From Rotaria socialis (lineage: Eukaryota): a stretch of DNA of 64,000 bases. A program made the position numbers and the translations under genes. This document shows, piece after piece, positions 57,657 through 64,000 of this stretch (positions are counted from its first letter, which is position 1; every line of letters starts with the position of its first letter). The stretch covers positions 124,001 through 188,000 of the forward strand of contig CAJNYD010000054.1 in assembly GCA_905331295.1 (NCBI GenBank), given 5' to 3'. The notes beneath the pieces were generated by a model. The model was not told where the DNA came from, made no database searches, and saw only the letters and a list, made by a program, of their open reading frames with translations.

Positions 57657-59059
57657 CTTCCAACATGTAAACAGTTACGAAGGGTTAACAACCACTGGCT
57701 TAAAATGAAATTTTGTTTTATGTGCAAGAATGATATCATTTCAAGATAGTTTATCAAAAAATATCAGTTTTAGTGTAAACCCCACTTACAACTAAATAGT
57801 TGCCAACATTCAACTAAAGCTATAAAAAATGGTACATAGAAAACGAAACAAAAGTTTGTTCATATGATAGACGATATTTCATATAACTTAAACAAACGTC
57901 AATACAACGTAAACAACCAGGTAACTTTGTATTTGGTAACACATTTAGCGTGCATCAAAATTTATTCGGTTTTTAACAAGAGCTAAGTCGACTTAATCCT
58001 CCAAATCAATGGCATTTAAATTGAGCTCTGAACAATTATATGCAGTTTGAAATATTTAAATAACAGCGAAACTTGAAATCAGAATTCATCTTATTTCAAG
58101 CTACAACAAACATCAATTTTTATTTACAGTTACATTTCCTTTATGAAGATTAATATTCAAGTGACCACTCAAATGTATGAAAGATTTATAACTGAAAATA
58201 TAGAGCTACTTTCTTCTTTTCGATTTCGACACTACTCAGCAATTTGGCTCAATGTTGTCGTTCTCTACGTTTCTGTAAAATGCTTTTATTTAGTTGAACA
58301 AGATTGATTTACAATGAAGCATACAGTTTTCTAAATATGATTCATTTACTTCCATGAAAACATATTCAAAACAGTATATCTTTCCATCATTGTAATTACA
58401 TTCAAAAACTGTTCCCGACCTACCAGTGAAATTCGAGAACTCCATCCCGTAAGCCAATGCCGTTAGTTTCAGAACAGCGTCAAAACCATTAGTCTCGAAG
58501 CTTCATTCACAACCTACGATAGCAGAGCAGCAACCTTCACCATTGCGATCACTTTACTGTCGACGCAAAATCGGATCAGTGCTTCAAGTTCCCAGACGTT
58601 CACTCATCCAATATCTGAGCATCAAGCTCCAATTTACTCACCCATTCATGCGTGACGTAGCTAAGGAACAATCACTTACCAATCTTCTATTCCAGTCCCT
58701 TAACAACCGATCAGTAAATATCAATCAGCACTATACATACAACATCAACGCGATATCAGCACTCATCTTTCATGCAACTGTCCAACTTTCATCTATCCCA
58801 AAATTTACATAATCCAAAATCTAGCAATGCCGACAACATATAATTCTTGGATCCACCCGCGAAAAAGACTATCAAAAATACTCTGTACCTAGCCCCAAAA
58901 AAGGAAGCCCCAATCAAGGGAGAACATCAATTGAAAATCCTAAAATCATCAACTCCTACTAAGGAAGCAAGCCATATTCTTCCCCTAACCATGTAAAAAA
59001 TGACAATGCACAAGGGCAAAAACTAACAAAAACAAACATCCTCTCACTTAAACTTAACT

Positions 59060-59180
59060 ATCAAAATATTTCTCAATGAAATCATGATGAGATGATATTA
59101 GAACTAAAGTCATGATGAATATATTCCATAATATTCGGTATTTGTTCAATCAACATCGAAAATATTTCTCAATGAAATCC
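59060..59180. repeat. First ~1.3 units of the 95-bp satellite, separated from the main array by the foldback insertion
   Basis: aatatttctcaatgaaatcatgatgagatgatattagaact... matches the array consensus. Confidence 0.85.
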
Positions 59181-59187
59181 ATGCGAT

Positions 59188-60458
59188 GGTAAATTCCTAT
59201 TGCTCGGAAATTCAAATAAAATGACTAGAAGAAAAATTTCCTGGAAATTCAATTGAATGCTTTTAAAAATAATCACGTACTAGTTTTCTTATTAAAAACA
59301 GTAGCAAAATGAAGTTGACTTCCAGATAAGTAGTGGGCTGGGTTGGGTTGGGTTAGGTTAGGTTGGAACCAGTAATAATAAATACACCGGCATAAAATAC
59401 ATTTTGTAGATGTATTTATGTATTATCTACTTTTATCTGCAACTGATTGAATTAGATTAAAAATGATACCGTCGGATTTCATCGTAAGTTTGGCACCCCC
59501 TAGGTTTTAATCTCAAAAGTATAGAAAGAGACAACTTGATATTTTGAACATTTCTCTTTCTTTTGTTTGGTTTTAATTAAATGACAAAAAGTTTTTTGTG
59601 CTTGAACAAGTCAGGGGATGTATATCTCTTTTTGGTTTCTTTGGCGGTATGTATGGTACCCATATCTTTTTCTTTTGTGTATTCCATATGAAAACTAATA
59701 GCGTGGATCGATTCAGTTTTTCACGTTCTACACAATGATATGTTGCTCAAGTTTATCAGTAATTTTTCTACCAGATAGTGTAAGGTCAAACATGTGAAAT
59801 TATTTCACATGTTTGATCCTATACTATTTGATAGAAAAATTACTAATAACCTTTAGGAAAAAATTATTTTTCAGAGCGTGAAAAACTGCGCCGATCTACA
59901 CTATTAGTTTTCATATAGAATACACAAACGAAGAACATATGGGTACCATACATATCGCCCGAAATATCCAAAAGTGATATAAACCTTGAGACTAATTAAA
60001 CTCCAAAAACTATTTTATCATTCAATTGCAACCAAACCAAATAAATAGAAATATGACAAATTTCAAGCTACATCTTTACAAACCATTAAGCTTAAAAACA
60101 AGAGGGTAGCAGACTTCCTATGAAATCCGACGGTATCCTTTTTAATCTAATTCAATCAGTTGCAGCTAGAAGTATATAGTACATATATACATCTACAAAA
60201 TGTATTTTGTGCAGATGTACTTATCTTTACTGCTCCCAACCCATCCCACCAAATCTGCATACAATCTATACATATTCATATGGATACAGACAGTATTGAT
60301 ACTGATATATAGAAGAGAGTTCCATTATATTGAAGTCAATCAAATCGCTTGATAAAATCTAAACGAAACACATCGCTTGTATGCACCTCTCTATCTACGT
60401 GCTACAAATTATTTATAGTGCGCAGCACATTTTGAATTTCCAGGAAATAGGAATTTCC
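59188..60458. mobile_element. ~1.27-kb foldback (long-TIR) element / giant palindrome
   Basis: The centre is tcaaacatgtgaaat-T-atttcacatgtttga at 59801. The arms align over ~59360-60240. Outer termini are gg(t)aaattcctatt..ggaaattcaa / ttgaatttccaggaaataggaatttcc. Confidence 0.85.
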
Positions 60459-60465
60459 TATACTC

Positions 60466-63400
60466 TCATGACATCATGATGAGATCACACTAGAACTAAA
60501 CTCAGGATGCACATATTCAATAATATTCGATATTTGTTCAATCAACATCGAAATGTGTCTCAATGAAATCCTGATGAGATGATATAAGAACTAATTGAAA
60601 CACGAATATATTCAATAATATTCGATATTTATTCAATCAATACCGAAATATTTCTCAATGAAATCATGAGCAGATGATATTAGAACTAATCTAAAAACGA
60701 ATATATTCAATAATATTCGATATTTGTTAAACCAATATCAAAATATTTCTCAATGAAATCATGATGCAATTACATTAGAACAAATCTAAAAAAGAATATA
60801 TTCTATAATATTCGATATTTTTTCAATCAATGTCCAACTATTTCTCAATCGAAACATGACGAGATGATATTCGAGCTAATCTCAGCATGAATATATTCAA
60901 TAATATTCGATATTTGTTCAATCAATGTCGAACTATTTCTCAAATAAATCATGATGAGCTCATATTATAACGACTCTCACCATCAATATATTCAATAATA
61001 TTCCACGTTTCTCGAATCATTATCGAAATATTTATCAATGAAATCATGATCAGAATATCTTAGAACTAATCTCACCATGAATATATTCAACAATATTCGA
61101 TATTTGTTGAAGGAATATAGAAATATTTCACATTGAAATCATCATGAGATGATATTAGAAAAAACCTCACTATCAATATATTCAATAATATTCGACATTT
61201 CTTGAAACAATGGCGAAATCGTTCTGGACGAAACCATTATGATATGACATTACAACTAATCTCATCATCAATATATTCCATAATATTCAATATTTGTTCA
61301 ATCAATATCGAAATACTTCTCAATGAAATCCTGGTGAGAAGACACCAGAACCAATCTAAAGATGTACCTATTCAATTATATTCGATATTTGTTGAATAAA
61401 TACCGACATATTGATCAATAAAATCATGGTGAGATAACATTAGAACTAATCTAAGAATGAATATATTCAAAAATACTCGATATTTGTTCAATCAATATCG
61501 ACATATTGATCAATGGAATCATGGCGAGATGGCATTAGAACTAATCTAAAGATGTACATATTCCACAATAATCGATATTGGTTGAATCAATACCCTCATA
61601 TTGATCAATGAAATCATGATGAGATGATATTAGAACTAATCTAAAAATGAATATATTCAATAATATTCGAAATTTCTTCAATCAATACCGGAATATTTCT
61701 CAATCAAATCATGATGAGATGATATTAGAACTACTCTCACCATCAATATATTCAATAATATTCGACATTTGTTGAATAAATATCGCAAATACTTCTCAAT
61801 GAAATCGTGATAAGAAGATCTTAGAACTATTCTCACTATCCATATATTCAATAAAATTTGATATTGATTCAATCAATATGGCAATATTTCTCAATGAAAG
61901 CATGATGACATGATATTAGAAATCATCTCACCATCAATATATTCAATAATATGCGACACTTCTTCAATTAATCTCGAAATATTTCCCAATGAAATCATTA
62001 TCAGATGACATTAGCACTAATCTCATCATCAATATATTCAATAATATTCGATATTTCTTGAATCAATACCGATATAATTCTCATTGAAATCATGGTGAGG
62101 TAACATTAGAACTACTGAAAGCATGTATATATTCAATAACATTCGATATTTGTTAAATCAATGTCGAAATATTCGTCAAGAGAATCATGGTGAGATGACA
62201 TCAGAACTACTATAAAGATGCATATATTCAATAAAACTCGATATTTCTTCAATCGATGTTAAAATATTTCTAAACGAAATCATCATGAGATGATACTAGA
62301 TGTAATCTCATCATCAATACATTCAAGAATATTCGATATTTGTTAAACCAACATCAAAATATTTCTCAATGAAATCATTATGAGATGACATTAGCACTAA
62401 CCTCATTATCAATATATTCAATAATATTCCATATTTGGTGAATCAATGTCGAAATATTACTCAGTGAATCATGATGAGAAAATATTAGAACTGATCTCAC
62501 CATCAAAACATTCAATAATATTGCATATTTTTGAATCAATATCGAAACGTTTCACTTTGAAATCATCAAGAGATGATACTAGAACCAATGTCATCATGAA
62601 TATGTTCAATAATGTTCGATATTTGTTGAAAGAATATCGAAATATTTGTCAATGAAATCATGACGGGATCATATTAGAACTAATCTCACGATTAATATAT
62701 TCAATAATATTCAATATTTGTTGAAACCATGCGCAAATATTTCTCAATGAAATCATGATGAAATCATATTAGAACTAACCTAAAGATGTATAGATACAAT
62801 AATATGCGATATCTTTTGAGTGAATATTGAAATTTTTATGAATGAAACGATGATGCTGTGATATTAGAACTAATCTAAAAATGAAGATATTCAATAATAT
62901 TCCATCTTTCTTCAATCAACATCGAAATATTTCTGAATAAAATCGCGATGAGATGAGATGAAAACGAATCTCATCATTAATACATTCAGTAGTAGTCGAT
63001 CTTTCTTGAATCAATATCGAAATATTTCTCAATGAAATGATGACTGGATGATATTAGAACTAATCTCACCATCAATATATTCAATAATATTCGGGATCTG
63101 TTCAATCAGTGTCGAATTAATTCGGACTTACATCGCTATGAGATGTTATTAGAAGTAATTTCATCATCAACATATCCAATTATGTTCGATATTTGTTGAA
63201 TCAATGATGAAATATTTCTGAATGAAATCACGATGAGATGACATTAGAACGAATTTCACGATCAACATATTCAATAATATTCAATATTTGCTGTGTCAAT
63301 ATCGAAATATCTCTCAATGAAATCTTGATGAGACCATACTTGAACCAATAACATCATGACTATATTCAAGAATATTGGATATTTGCTGAAGGAGGATAGA

Positions 63401-64000
63401 AACATTTCTGACTGAAATCACAGTGAGCTGACATTAAAACTAATTTAAACATGCATATATTCAATAATATTCGATATTGTTGACTCAATATCGAAATAGT
63501 TCCCGATGGAACCATGATGAGATGACATCAGAACCACTATAAAGATGTATATATTCAATAAAACTCGATATTTCTTCAATCAATGTCAAAATATTTCAAA
63601 ATGAAATCATCATGAGATGTTACTAGCACTAATCTCATCAACAATATACTCAATAATATTCGATATTTGTTCAATCAACATAGAAATACTTCTGAATGAA
63701 ATCGTGATGGGGTGATATCAGAACCAATCTCATAATGAATATATTCAACAATATTCGATATTAGTTTAATCAATGTCAAAATATTTCTCAATGAAATCAC
63801 TATGAGATGATGTTAGAGCTAATTTCATCATGAATATATTCAATAATGATTGTTGTTCCTCTAACCGTGGCGAAATCTTTCTGAATGAAAGCATGATGTG
63901 ATGACATTAGGAGGAATCTCACGATCAATATATTCGATAATATTCAATATTCGTTGAACCGATGTCGGACTATCTCTCAATGAAATCATGATGAGATGGT
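60466..64000. repeat. 95-bp AT-rich tandem satellite, ~37 diverged units, continuing past the window end
   Basis: The caatgaaatc-type anchor recurs at 60561, 60656, 60751, 60846, 60941, 61036, 61131 ... 63978. Consensus: aatatttctcaatgaaatcatgatgagatgatattagaactaatctcaccatcaatatattcaataatattcgatatttgttcaatcaatatcga. Confidence 0.97.

Larger units (their letters stand above)
53647..57688 (+). mobile_element. piggyBac DNA transposon remnant; right end preserved, left TIR not found
   Basis: The right terminus reads ...acgaaggg|TTAA (57685-57688). A subterminal palindrome gtgggaccgagcggaccccac lies at ~56858-56878. Confidence 0.7.

Noticed and set aside
60466..64000. Satellite as a tandem hammerhead-ribozyme array ((C/A)TGATGA...CGAAA in each unit)
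   Set aside because: The consensus is ATGATGA, with CTGATGA only rarely. The spacing leaves no room for both stem III/NUH and stem I. A covariance-model search would be decisive, but by eye it does not fit.
60466..64000. CRISPR array, coding repeat or box C/D snoRNA array
   Set aside because: There are no unique spacers or cas genes and the context is eukaryotic. 95 is not a multiple of 3 and the frames contain stops. A C-box-like ATGATGA is present but there is no conserved D box (CTGA).

Overview
AT-rich eukaryotic genomic DNA with many ~50-60 bp GT-AG introns, which the ORF track cuts into fragments. Intron size, a bdelloid-type F-box family member and TGTGGG repeats suggest a bdelloid rotifer (inference). 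Positions 1-46.4 kb are gene-dense. They hold the end of a single-pass membrane protein gene, an RI-like LRR gene, EF1-beta, a 2xRRM gene, a CLIC gene and two secreted/GPI-type LRR genes around a ~9.6 kb non-coding block. A tightly packed co-directional run follows: ARPC1-CLP1-ATP2C1-TBC1D13-RAB3GAP1 and a brat-type NHL gene, which looks like a trans-spliced operon cluster. From 46.5 kb the window becomes repeat-rich. It contains an F-box pseudogene bracketed by two telomere-repeat hairpins, a dead piggyBac with nested non-autonomous elements, and a ~1.27 kb foldback palindrome inserted into a 95-bp dyad-symmetric satellite that runs off the end of the window. All gene models were spliced by eye and all homology calls come from recalled motifs, not database searches.
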